From Minisyncoccota bacterium (lineage in GTDB: Bacteria > Patescibacteriota > Minisyncoccia > UBA6257 > 2-01-FULL-56-20): a stretch of DNA of 64,000 nucleotides. Within the stretch, counting starts at the first letter, position 1, and each line of letters starts with the position of its first letter. The notes beneath the pieces are model-generated. The model did no database searches, had not been told where the DNA came from, and worked only from the letters and a program-made list of their open reading frames with translations. The DNA is taken from assembly GCA_035541415.1 (NCBI GenBank), contig DATKNI010000021.1, positions 708 through 64,707 of the forward strand, written 5' to 3'. The translations under genes were made by a program, and so were the position numbers. Positions 9,649 through 18,387 of the stretch are shown piece after piece.

Positions 9649-10314
9649 ATGATACCAGAAAAAGATTTGCCGCGGCTCAAAAAACGCTGGCAGAAAATTT
9701 CAAAAACATTAAGCAGGCTTTTCCCGAAGGCGCACATCGCGCTCAATTTTGGCAATCCGTGGGAACTCCTCGTCGCCGTCCAACTGTCGGCGCAGTGCAC
9801 CGATAAAAAAGTGAACCAGGTGACGCCGGCGCTCTTCAAAAAATATCCAACGCTCGCGAGTTACGTGAAGGCGGGGAAGTCGGCAGCCGGCGTCAAAAAT
9901 TTTGAGAACGCGATCCATGCATGCGGTTTCTACCGCGCAAAGACGCGCAACATTTTGGGTGCGGCACACTATGTGCAGAAAAATTATGACGGCGTCTTGC
10001 CAAAAACGATGGCGGAGATGACAAAAATTCCCGGCGTCGGCCGCAAGTCGGCGAATGTTATTTTGGGGAACGCCTATCATGTGGTGGAGGGGATTGCGGT
10101 TGATACGCACGTGATGCGCCTTTCGCAGGTGCTCGGCCTCACTAAAGAAAAGACGCCGGAAAAAATCGAGCAGGACCTCATGAAAATCATCCCCAAGAAA
10201 GACTGGTTCCGCGCGACCTACATGATCATCGACTACGGCCGCGCCTATTGCGTTGCCCGTCCGCACCGGCACGAACTCTGTCCGCTCACAAAAGTTCTCA
10301 AAACGGCCGCGTGA
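9649..10314 (+). CDS. nth: Endonuclease III
   Basis: WELLVAVQLSAQCTDKKVN, HhH IPGVGRKSANV, AVDTHV. Confidence 0.95.
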   Translation: MIPEKDLPRLKKRWQKISKTLSRLFPKAHIALNFGNPWELLVAVQLSAQCTDKKVNQVTPALFKKYPTLASYVKAGKSAAGVKNFENAIHACGFYRAKTRNILGAAHYVQKNYDGVLPKTMAEMTKIPGVGRKSANVILGNAYHVVEGIAVDTHVMRLSQVLGLTKEKTPEKIEQDLMKIIPKKDWFRATYMIIDYGRAYCVARPHRHELCPLTKVLKTAA

Positions 10315-10549
10315 CGAGGCTCGACAAGAGGCTCAGGATATGTGTTTTCAGGGCATATCCACAGCAGCGGGGACCAGCATGGTATAATGGATTGGTAAGT
10401 AATATTACAAAGAAGAGCCGTTTTCCGGTGAGGTCGGAGAGCGGTTTTTCTTTTGTCCGCCGAAACTTGACAAAGAATCATTTCTATGATAATATTCCAT
10501 ACAGCAATTTACATCGCATTCGTACAAAAATCCGCCCGAGGAGGCGCTT

Positions 10550-10795
10550 ATGAGCAGACGTTTTGCAAGGATTATCTTTTCAATTGCATTTGTGATCGTG
10601 CTTGCTGGTTCGATCACAATGAGCGTGGGTCTGCGGGCGGAAGACGTCAATCATCCGCACGCTCGGTACGGCCTCATGTGCGTGCTGACCATCGTTGCGG
10701 TTTTCGTAGCGCTCGGCACGATTAACCGGGCTTTCTTTGCCAGCGGCAAACCGAAAGATCACGGCAAGCTGCCCGAGGATCTCAAGCACTACTAA
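10550..10795 (+). CDS. Small two-TM hypothetical protein
   Basis: GAGGAGG RBS; two hydrophobic helices; TTGACA-17-TAATAT upstream (10467-10495). Confidence 0.7.
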   Translation: MSRRFARIIFSIAFVIVLAGSITMSVGLRAEDVNHPHARYGLMCVLTIVAVFVALGTINRAFFASGKPKDHGKLPEDLKHY

Positions 10796-10908
10796 GAGGC
10801 AGACGGTTGCGACGCCCCGAACTTCAGGTTCGGGGCTTTATTTTCTTTTGAATTGTGTTATAATGTTGCGAGTTAGTGCGCAAGCAATCCAGGAGACGGA
10901 GGTGATCC

Positions 10909-11169
10909 ATGGAAGGATCAAACGATCTTGTAGCATTATTCAAGAAGTATTTTCGCCGCGACCCGCCGGAGTCTCCTGAAGAAATTAAGGAGACCCAGCC
11001 TCTCATCGACGAGTACCTTGGCCGCATTCACGGTGAATATGATTTTAGGTTGGCTCGGGCCGTTGCCAGGAAATTCGGTTACAAGACATATCCCAACCGG
11101 TTCCAGGATTACGTATTCAAAGTGAAAGGCGATTTGAGCGCAAGCAGTTTTGAGCGAGTGGAAAAATAA
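10909..11169 (+). CDS. Hypothetical protein (86 aa)
   Basis: GGAGGTG RBS, TGnTATAAT upstream, terminator downstream. Confidence 0.7.
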   Translation: MEGSNDLVALFKKYFRRDPPESPEEIKETQPLIDEYLGRIHGEYDFRLARAVARKFGYKTYPNRFQDYVFKVKGDLSASSFERVEK

Positions 11170-11182
11170 CGAGGTTATATGC

Positions 11183-11212
11183 ATCGGGGAGCGCTATGCT
11201 CCCCGATTTTTT
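11183..11212 (+). terminator. Intrinsic terminator
   Basis: ATCGGGGAGC-gctat-GCTCCCCGAT-TTTTT. Confidence 0.8.
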
Positions 11213-11223
11213 GTATTTATATT

Positions 11224-11252
11224 TTGACCAAATGGTATGCGGAGGGTACTAT
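11224..11252 (+). promoter_or_regulatory. Sigma-70 promoter of uvrB
   Basis: TTGACC-17-TACTAT. Confidence 0.55.
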
Positions 11253-11343
11253 AAGGAAAAGTGGCTTTGATACCCCTTAGGGTTTATACCCGAGGGGGAT
11301 TCCAGCACTTGAGGGCAAAACATTAAATTTTCATTAATTTATC

Positions 11344-13347
11344 ATGCCGAATCTCGAACTCATTTCAGAGAATAAGCCTGCAGGCGACCAACCGAAAGCG
11401 ATTGCGGCGCTCGTTTCCGGCATCAAAAAAGGCTATCGGGACCAGACGCTCCTTGGCGTAACGGGCTCCGGCAAGACGTTCACGATGGCAAACGTGATCG
11501 CGGAGATCCAGAAACCAACGCTCGTCATTGCCCATAATAAGACATTGGCAGCCCAGCTCTGCAACGAATTCCGCGAATTATTTCCTAAAAATTCGGTTAA
11601 CTATTTTGTCTCGTATTACGACTATTACCAGCCGGAGGCATACATCCCGTCGAGCGATACTTATATCGACAAGGAAGCGTTGATCAACGATGAAATCGAT
11701 AAGCTGCGCCACGCGGCAACGACGGCGCTCCTCACGCGCAAAGACGTGATCATCGTCGCGTCGGTTTCGTGCATTTATGGTTTGGGCGCGCCGGACGTTT
11801 ATCGCGCGAATATTTTCCATTTCAAAGTCGGCGACAAGATTGAACGAAAAGATTTCTCGCGCAAACTCGTTGAATTGCAGTTCAACCGCACGAATGCCGA
11901 CCTCAAGCGCGGCACATACCGCCTGCGCGGAGAAAACTGGGAGATCATGCCCGCCGACCGAGAAATCATATATAACATCGAAGTCGTAGCCGGTACGATC
12001 GTGGCGATTTATGAAGTCGATCCGGTTGTCGGATTCCGTCCCGGAAGGACGCCGAGCATCCCCGATATCATTTTTGCGCCGGCGAAGCATTTCATCACCG
12101 AAGCGCCGGAACGCGAACGGGCGATCGCGCAGATACAAGACGAGCTCAAAGATCAGCTCGCAAAATTCGAAAAAGAAAAAAAGTTTTTGGAAGCAGAACG
12201 CCTCGAGCGCCGCACCAAATTCGACATCGCGATGATGCGCGAAGTGGGGTATTGCCACGGCATCGAAAACTATTCGCGCCATCTTTCCGGCCGCGCTGCG
12301 GGCGAACCGCCGGCGACGCTCCTCGATTATTTTCCGCATACGAGCGACGGCAAGCCGGACTTCCTTACGATCATCGACGAATCGCATATGACGATCCCGC
12401 AATTGCAGGGCATGTACAATGGCGACGCCGCGCGCAAGAAAACGCTCGTCGAATACGGGTTTCGCCTGCCGTCGGCAATCGATAATCGCCCATTGCGGTT
12501 TGAAGAATTCGAGGTGCGCATCGCGCAGACGATGTATACTTCCGCGACGCCGGGCCCCTATGAGCGCGAAGCGAGCGCTCCGCCGAACGGGCAGACCGTC
12601 GAGCAAATCATCCGTCCCACGGGCCTTGTGGATCCAAAGATCACGATGTCGCCGGCGCGCGGCCAAGTGGAAGATCTCATCCCGCGGATCGAAGAGCGCG
12701 TCACCAAAAAAGAGCGCGTCCTCGTGACGACGCTCACCAAACGCATGGCCGAGGACCTCTCGGCATTCCTTGAGGAAAGGAAGATCAAAGTCACGTATCT
12801 CCATAGCGACGTGAAAACGCTTGACCGCATCCGCATCCTCACCGAACTTCGCCGCGGCAAAGTTGACGTCCTCGTTGGCGTAAACCTTTTGCGCGAAGGC
12901 CTCGACCTTCCGGAAGTATCGCTCGTTGCCATTTTGGACGCCGATAAAGAAGGATTTTTGCGCAGCGAAGTTTCGCTCGTGCAGACGATCGGCCGCGCCG
13001 CCCGCAACGCGCAAGGCGAAGTCTTGATGTATGCCGACCAGATCACCGGCTCTATCGAGCGCGCCGTCAAGGAAACCGAGCGTCGCCGCAAGATCCAGCT
13101 CGCGTACAACAAGGAGCATGGCATCACGCCGACCACGATCATCAAGAAAATTTCCGACATCCTGCCGAACGTGGATGAAATTTTGAAGCTCGAAACCAAG
13201 CCAATTCCAAAATCCAAGACGGGCATGCAAAAGCTGATTGCTGAGAAGCAGCGCGAGATGCGCGAAGCCGCGAAAGCGCTCGATTTCGAGATGGCCGCGA
13301 TCCTGCGGGATGAAATTAAGGAGCTGATGAAGAAGGCGGGGAAGTAG
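11344..13347 (+). CDS. uvrB: Excinuclease ABC subunit B
   Basis: GVTGSGKT, YFVSYYDYYQPEAY beta-hairpin, IIDESH, NLLREGLD, QTIGRAAR, C-terminal UVR domain. Confidence 0.98.
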   Translation: MPNLELISENKPAGDQPKAIAALVSGIKKGYRDQTLLGVTGSGKTFTMANVIAEIQKPTLVIAHNKTLAAQLCNEFRELFPKNSVNYFVSYYDYYQPEAYIPSSDTYIDKEALINDEIDKLRHAATTALLTRKDVIIVASVSCIYGLGAPDVYRANIFHFKVGDKIERKDFSRKLVELQFNRTNADLKRGTYRLRGENWEIMPADREIIYNIEVVAGTIVAIYEVDPVVGFRPGRTPSIPDIIFAPAKHFITEAPERERAIAQIQDELKDQLAKFEKEKKFLEAERLERRTKFDIAMMREVGYCHGIENYSRHLSGRAAGEPPATLLDYFPHTSDGKPDFLTIIDESHMTIPQLQGMYNGDAARKKTLVEYGFRLPSAIDNRPLRFEEFEVRIAQTMYTSATPGPYEREASAPPNGQTVEQIIRPTGLVDPKITMSPARGQVEDLIPRIEERVTKKERVLVTTLTKRMAEDLSAFLEERKIKVTYLHSDVKTLDRIRILTELRRGKVDVLVGVNLLREGLDLPEVSLVAILDADKEGFLRSEVSLVQTIGRAARNAQGEVLMYADQITGSIERAVKETERRRKIQLAYNKEHGITPTTIIKKISDILPNVDEILKLETKPIPKSKTGMQKLIAEKQREMREAAKALDFEMAAILRDEIKELMKKAGK

Positions 13348-13377
13348 CGATGCATGATAAACTAAGACAATAACGAT

Positions 13378-13710
13378 ATGCACCATATGCGCCTTGCAAC
13401 TGAATATTTCCAAAAAATCGCTAATGGCACGAAAGCAATAGAATGCCGTCTTTGGGATGAAAAAAGGCAGCAGTTAAAAGCGGGGGACGAGATTGAATTT
13501 TCCGATACTAACGACGAACAGAAAAAGGCGAAGACCAGAATTGTTGCATTGCATCGGGCTGCTTCTTTTGCAGAATTGCTCGATCAATTTCCCATTAATA
13601 AATTTGGAAGCGAGAGCAAGGAGCAAATGCTCGCTGCGCTTAAAAAGTTTTATTCCGACGAAGAAGAAAAGAAATTCGGTGTTGTTGGAATTGAGGTGAA
13701 ACTTATATAA
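13378..13710 (+). CDS. ASCH (PUA-like) domain protein
   Basis: HHMRL..EYFQKIANGTKAIECRL.DEKRQQLKAGDEIEF; EEEKKFGVVGIEV. Confidence 0.85.
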   Translation: MHHMRLATEYFQKIANGTKAIECRLWDEKRQQLKAGDEIEFSDTNDEQKKAKTRIVALHRAASFAELLDQFPINKFGSESKEQMLAALKKFYSDEEEKKFGVVGIEVKLI

Positions 13711-13777
13711 GAATCGACAACTCCCCAAAAACGTGATATTCTATCAGGAACGCGCCGCATGCGCGTTCTTATTATGT

Positions 13778-15235
13778 ATGGCAAATGAAGTAATTCTCCG
13801 CTTCAACGATGTCTCTTTTGAGCATGGCCCCAAGAAACAGATCCTCCACGAGGCCTCTTTTTCCGTGCGCCGCGGGCAGAAGATAACGCTCATGGGCCAG
13901 AACGGGGCCGGGAAGACGACCATATTCCAGATGATCGCCGGCGCCATAAAGCCCGAAGCGGGGACGATTTCCATTGAAAACGGCCTTACAATGGCCCGAG
14001 CCCTCCAGGTGATACCGCGCTCGCACCTCGAATGGACCGTGCTCCAGTTTTTTGAAAGCGCGTTCCCGGGCAAGAAGGCATACGACATCGAGCCGCGCGT
14101 TAAGAAAGTTTTGGAAATTGTAAACCTTATGGCCCCGCTCGACCGCATGCTCAAATCATTCTCTGGCGGTCAACAAGCACGGCTGCTTCTCGCGCATGCG
14201 CTCATCCAGGATCCGGATGTCTTGCTTCTTGACGAACCGACGAATAACCTCGACAAGGCCGGCATCGAGCATCTCACCAAATTCATTATCGATTCCAAGA
14301 AAACCGTCATCGTCATTTCCCACGACGCAGATTTTTTGAATTCATTCACGCAGGGCGTTTTGTATCTCGATGTTCATACGCACATGGTGGAACAGTATAC
14401 CGGCAACTATCTCGACGTGGTGAAGAACATCAGCGAACGCATTGAGCGCGAACGCATGAAGAACGTGCGCCTGCAAAAGGAAATCCAACACCGCAAAGAC
14501 CAGGCAAGCTTCTTTGCGCAGAAAGGAGGCCATATGCGCGACGTTGCCCGCAAGATGAACGAGAAGATCGAGGAACTCGAAGAAGACGTTGTTGAGGTGC
14601 GCCGCGAAGACCGCACGATCCGCAGCTTTGCCATCCAGGTTCAAAAAGATTTGGAAGGACAGATCGTCAAGCTTGATTCTGTTTCGGTAATAAAAAATCA
14701 CAAGCCGGTCGTGAAGAAAATCACGCCGATTATTCTCAAGAGAAAGGAGCGCCTGCATCTTGTCGGCCCGAACGGCATCGGCAAGACAACGTTTCTTGAG
14801 TTGCTTGCGAGCGGCCATGCAAAAGGCGAGCACGTGGCGAAGGGCGTGAAGATCGGCTATTACCGCCAGGATTTTTCCACGCTCGATTTTGATGCGACGG
14901 TCTGGGACACGTTAGCGGATGCGATGGAGGAAGGCGACCAGGATCGTTTGCGCTCAACGGCGGCCGGATTCCTCATTGACGCTGATGTGCTCCGCGCAAA
15001 AGTCGGCTCGCTTTCGGAAGGACAGAAGGGTTTGGTTGCATTCGCAAAGCTTTCGCTCGAGCGTCCGGGGCTTCTCATTCTCGACGAGCCGACGAATCAC
15101 ATCAATTTCCGGCACATTCCAGTCATTGCGCAGGCGCTCGACCGCTATGAAGGCGCGATGATCCTCGTAAGCCATGTTCCGGATTTTGTGAAGCAGATCA
15201 AGATCGATTACGCGCTCGACTTGGCCACGCTATAA
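13778..15235 (+). CDS. ABC-F family ATPase (ribosome-associated)
   Basis: Two NBDs (GQNGAGKT...FSGGQ...LDEPTNNLD; GPNGIGKT...LSEGQ...LDEPTNHI), no TM helices. Confidence 0.92.
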   Translation: MANEVILRFNDVSFEHGPKKQILHEASFSVRRGQKITLMGQNGAGKTTIFQMIAGAIKPEAGTISIENGLTMARALQVIPRSHLEWTVLQFFESAFPGKKAYDIEPRVKKVLEIVNLMAPLDRMLKSFSGGQQARLLLAHALIQDPDVLLLDEPTNNLDKAGIEHLTKFIIDSKKTVIVISHDADFLNSFTQGVLYLDVHTHMVEQYTGNYLDVVKNISERIERERMKNVRLQKEIQHRKDQASFFAQKGGHMRDVARKMNEKIEELEEDVVEVRREDRTIRSFAIQVQKDLEGQIVKLDSVSVIKNHKPVVKKITPIILKRKERLHLVGPNGIGKTTFLELLASGHAKGEHVAKGVKIGYYRQDFSTLDFDATVWDTLADAMEEGDQDRLRSTAAGFLIDADVLRAKVGSLSEGQKGLVAFAKLSLERPGLLILDEPTNHINFRHIPVIAQALDRYEGAMILVSHVPDFVKQIKIDYALDLATL

Positions 15236-15256
15236 AACTTTGGATTGATAGACGGT

Positions 15257-15288
15257 AAAAAAAGAACCCGGCGAAAATCGTCGGGTTC
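15257..15288 (-). terminator. Intrinsic terminator
   Basis: AAAAAAA-GAACCCGGCGA-aaa-TCGTCGGGTTC. Confidence 0.65.
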
Positions 15289-15306
15289 AACGTTGGGGTG
15301 CGCAGG

Positions 15307-16023
15307 TTAGCCTGCAAGTTTTTTTGCGAGCATGTTCACGCGCTTTGGGTTGAGTTCGGTAAACGAATTGCTGATGCCGCTCGCGACAAGAAAGCAGTCT
15401 GCGTACGGCATGTATTGTTCCACATTTTCCGGTGTGATGCCGCTCGCGATTGCGAGCGGGAAGGCGCCGATTGCTCCTTTCATTCGGCAAATCTTTTGCA
15501 CGTCGGCCGCAATGCCGGTTGCGTCGCCGCTTGTTGTGACGACATCCATAAACGGCGTTGCGAGCCTGGCTGCCTTTGCCGGATCTTTGGAGAGCTTCTG
15601 ATGTTTGAACGCTACCCCTCCAAAGTGAAGGCCGCGGTACTGGTTGCGTTGACGTTCTGCAAGGATTTCCCGGGCAACCCGTACGGACTGCTCGGGAGCA
15701 TCGTCGATGCCTCCGTCGTCGCACCACACGCCATCCACGGTGTTTTGGTATTTGCCAAAGTTATTTATCGTCCGGAAAGTGCTGACGGGAGTAAGGTTGA
15801 GACAATTAATTCCGATCCAGAAGGCGGGATGCTTTTCCTTGGCCATCCGTTGCCAGTGGAAAAGAAATTGATAGGGTGTGTTATCGTGGTTGATAAGGAA
15901 AACGCCGTCAGCTCCTTCGCTGCGGGCGATGTCCACGTTGCGAAGCGCTTGCTCACTGTCTTTAACATGGATAACCGCAAACAGTGCGTGGCGTTTCTGA
16001 AAAACAGCTCGATATTCGGACAT
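15307..16023 (-). CDS. BtpA/SgcQ-like TIM-barrel protein
   Basis: AVIHV...GADGVFLIN, GGVAFKHQ, DVVTTSGDATG, IASGITPENV...ADCFLVASGI; AAGGAG RBS. Confidence 0.75.
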   Translation of the reverse strand: MSEYRAVFQKRHALFAVIHVKDSEQALRNVDIARSEGADGVFLINHDNTPYQFLFHWQRMAKEKHPAFWIGINCLNLTPVSTFRTINNFGKYQNTVDGVWCDDGGIDDAPEQSVRVAREILAERQRNQYRGLHFGGVAFKHQKLSKDPAKAARLATPFMDVVTTSGDATGIAADVQKICRMKGAIGAFPLAIASGITPENVEQYMPYADCFLVASGISNSFTELNPKRVNMLAKKLAG

Positions 16024-16160
16024 GCCGGCTCCTTGTTTTTACGATAAAATTTCTATCGGAACTATGCATCAATAAAAGAACGAAGTCAATCAACGGTTGG
16101 CAACGTTCTCGGCGGCATCCTTGTAACGGCAGGCGTGCTTGCAACGGTATTTATTAAATA

Positions 16161-16193
16161 AAAAGGCCCTCGCATAGTACTGCGAAGGCCTTT
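16161..16193 (-). terminator. Intrinsic terminator
   Basis: AAAAGGCCCTCGCA-tagtac-TGCGAAGGCCTTT. Confidence 0.6.
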
Positions 16194-16219
16194 GGCGGCG
16201 GCGGCGACGATGAGAGAAT

Positions 16220-16393
16220 TCAGGATTCGTTCATCATGCGTTCGGGTTCGGCGCTGTCCGGCGTTTGGTCCGGATCGCTCCCGTTGTTCTCCGGTTCCTT
16301 CATGAGATCGGCCAATCGTAACGATTGGGGGATTCGCGGTGATTTCTTGGTCCAGGAATTTCCAAAGATTGGGGCATTTGTGGCACTGAGCAT
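16220..16393 (-). CDS. Small hypothetical protein (57 aa, not in ORF track)
   Basis: MLSATNAPIFGNSWTKKSPRIPQSLRLADLMKEPENNGSDPDQTPDSAEPERMMNES; AGGAGA RBS; TTGACA-17-GATAAT on the minus strand (16455-16427); terminator downstream. Confidence 0.5.
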   Translation of the reverse strand: MLSATNAPIFGNSWTKKSPRIPQSLRLADLMKEPENNGSDPDQTPDSAEPERMMNES

Positions 16394-16485
16394 GGGGCGG
16401 TCTCCTGCGCCAAATTGGCTGCTTGTATTATCTCTTAAAATTATAATTTTGTCAAATATTAAAAAATTTGGTACTATAATCCTCT

Positions 16486-18258
16486 ATGTCGCTTTTATTC
16501 TCCTATCTGAAGAAATATAAGAAACTGCTTTTCCTGACGCTCGTGCTCGCCACGGTGAACACGGTTTTTTCGCTGGTCGATCCGCAGGTGTTCCGCATCA
16601 TTATTGACGGCTATGTTTCAAAAATCGGATCCATCTCGCAGGCGGATTTCCTGCGGGGAGTCGGACTTTTGCTCCTCGCGTCGATCACGGCCGCGTTTAT
16701 TTCGCGCGTCGCAAAAAACTTCCAGCAATATTATGAAAATGTGGTGACCCAGCGCGTGGGCACCGAGCTGTACGCCAAAAGCGTCGCACATTCATTCTCG
16801 CTGCCGTACAGCGTCTTTGAGGACCAGCGTTCGGGAGAGCTGCTGCAGAAATTGCAGAAAGCGCGGCTTGACAGCCAGCAGCTTATCCTCAGTTTCGTCG
16901 ACATTGTTTTCGTGTCGCTCGTCGGCGTTGCCTTTGTGCTCGGATATGCTTTCTATGTCCACTGGCTCATCGGCCTCCTGTATTTCCTGATCATTCCGAT
17001 CATGGGGACGGCGCTATTTTTCTTGGGGCGCAAAATCAAAGCGATCCAGCGGAATATCGTTGTTGAATCGGCGAATCTTGCCGGATCGACGACGGAAACC
17101 ATCCGCAACGTGGAACTCGTGAAGAGTTTAGGATTGGAACGCCAGGAAACCAAGCGCTTGAACGAAGTGAACGACAAGGTGCTCCACCTCGAACTTTCCA
17201 AGCTGACGCTCATCCGCAAGCTGAGTTTTACGCAGGGCACGATCGTAAACGCAATGCGTTCCGCAATCTTGTTCTGCATGCTCTGGCTTATTTTCAGCGG
17301 CGCCATCTCGCTCGGCCAGTTCCTCACACTGTGGTTCTATTCGTTCTATATCTTCAATCCGCTCGGCGACATCGGCACCGTTGCCGCGCAATACCAGGAG
17401 GCGAAGGGCAGCTTGGAGAAGCTCGAGGAAATCCTTTCTATCCCGTCGGAAAAGAAACCGGTTGATGCCAAGCGCGTCGATGCATTGAAGACGATCGAGT
17501 TCAGGAAGGCGACATTCAGCTACCAGGAAAATAATAATGCGGCGGTGAAGGATATTTCATTTACCATCAAAAGCGGAGAGACCGTCGCCTTTGCCGGCTA
17601 TTCCGGATCGGGTAAAACTACACTCATCAAATTGCTCGTTGGATTGTATAAACCGACGAAAGGCTCGATTTCATTGAACGGCATTGATGGTTCAAAAGTT
17701 GATTATGACTATTTGCGCCGCAAGATCGGATACGTTTCGCAGGAGACCCAGCTTTTTGCCGGGACGCTCCGCGATAACCTGCTCTTCGTGAATCCGGCGG
17801 CAACCGACGAGGATTGCTGGGATGCTTTGAAGAGCGCTTCGGTCGTTGATATCGCGCATCGCGGCGGCAAGGGCCTCGACACGCGCATCGGCGAAGGCGG
17901 CATCAAGATTTCGGGCGGCGAACGCCAGCGCCTTGCGATCGCCCGCGCGCTTCTCAGGAAGCCCGACCTCATCATCTTTGACGAAGCGACGTCGAGCCTC
18001 GATTCGATCACCGAAAAATCCATCACCGACACCATCAAGGAAATCGCGCAGACGCACCCCGATCTCATCACGGTCATGGTGGCGCACCGGCTTTCGACGA
18101 TTGCCCACGCCGACACGATTTATGTTTTGCAGAAAGGCACTATCATCGAACACGGTTCCCACAACGAGCTCCTGCAAAATCGGGACGGCTTGTATTCGGC
18201 CCTCTGGAAAGAGCAGAGCGGAAGCGGGGAAGTCTGGGAGGCGCCGGTTTTTGCATAA
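16486..18258 (+). CDS. ABC exporter, fused permease and ATPase (MsbA/MdlB-like)
   Basis: N-terminal TM domain; GYSGSGKT, ISGGERQR, FDEATSSLD. Confidence 0.93.
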   Translation: MSLLFSYLKKYKKLLFLTLVLATVNTVFSLVDPQVFRIIIDGYVSKIGSISQADFLRGVGLLLLASITAAFISRVAKNFQQYYENVVTQRVGTELYAKSVAHSFSLPYSVFEDQRSGELLQKLQKARLDSQQLILSFVDIVFVSLVGVAFVLGYAFYVHWLIGLLYFLIIPIMGTALFFLGRKIKAIQRNIVVESANLAGSTTETIRNVELVKSLGLERQETKRLNEVNDKVLHLELSKLTLIRKLSFTQGTIVNAMRSAILFCMLWLIFSGAISLGQFLTLWFYSFYIFNPLGDIGTVAAQYQEAKGSLEKLEEILSIPSEKKPVDAKRVDALKTIEFRKATFSYQENNNAAVKDISFTIKSGETVAFAGYSGSGKTTLIKLLVGLYKPTKGSISLNGIDGSKVDYDYLRRKIGYVSQETQLFAGTLRDNLLFVNPAATDEDCWDALKSASVVDIAHRGGKGLDTRIGEGGIKISGGERQRLAIARALLRKPDLIIFDEATSSLDSITEKSITDTIKEIAQTHPDLITVMVAHRLSTIAHADTIYVLQKGTIIEHGSHNELLQNRDGLYSALWKEQSGSGEVWEAPVFA

Positions 18259-18387
18259 ATCGGATTATTAAATTATCATTAACCGGTAGCTGAAAGCACG
18301 ACAGGTACCCCTATGAGCCGCGGCTCGGGGGCTCATTCGTTATGGAAAAACCTTCAAGATCGCAAAACCCGACCCAACCCCAAAACC

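Noticed and set aside
11578-13413. 611-aa minus-strand ORF, and similar ones at 6686-7723, 31986-33533 and 36954-38267
   Set aside because: Antisense shadows of well-supported genes (uvrB, dnaG, rplU/tpiA, secA); no recognisable motifs
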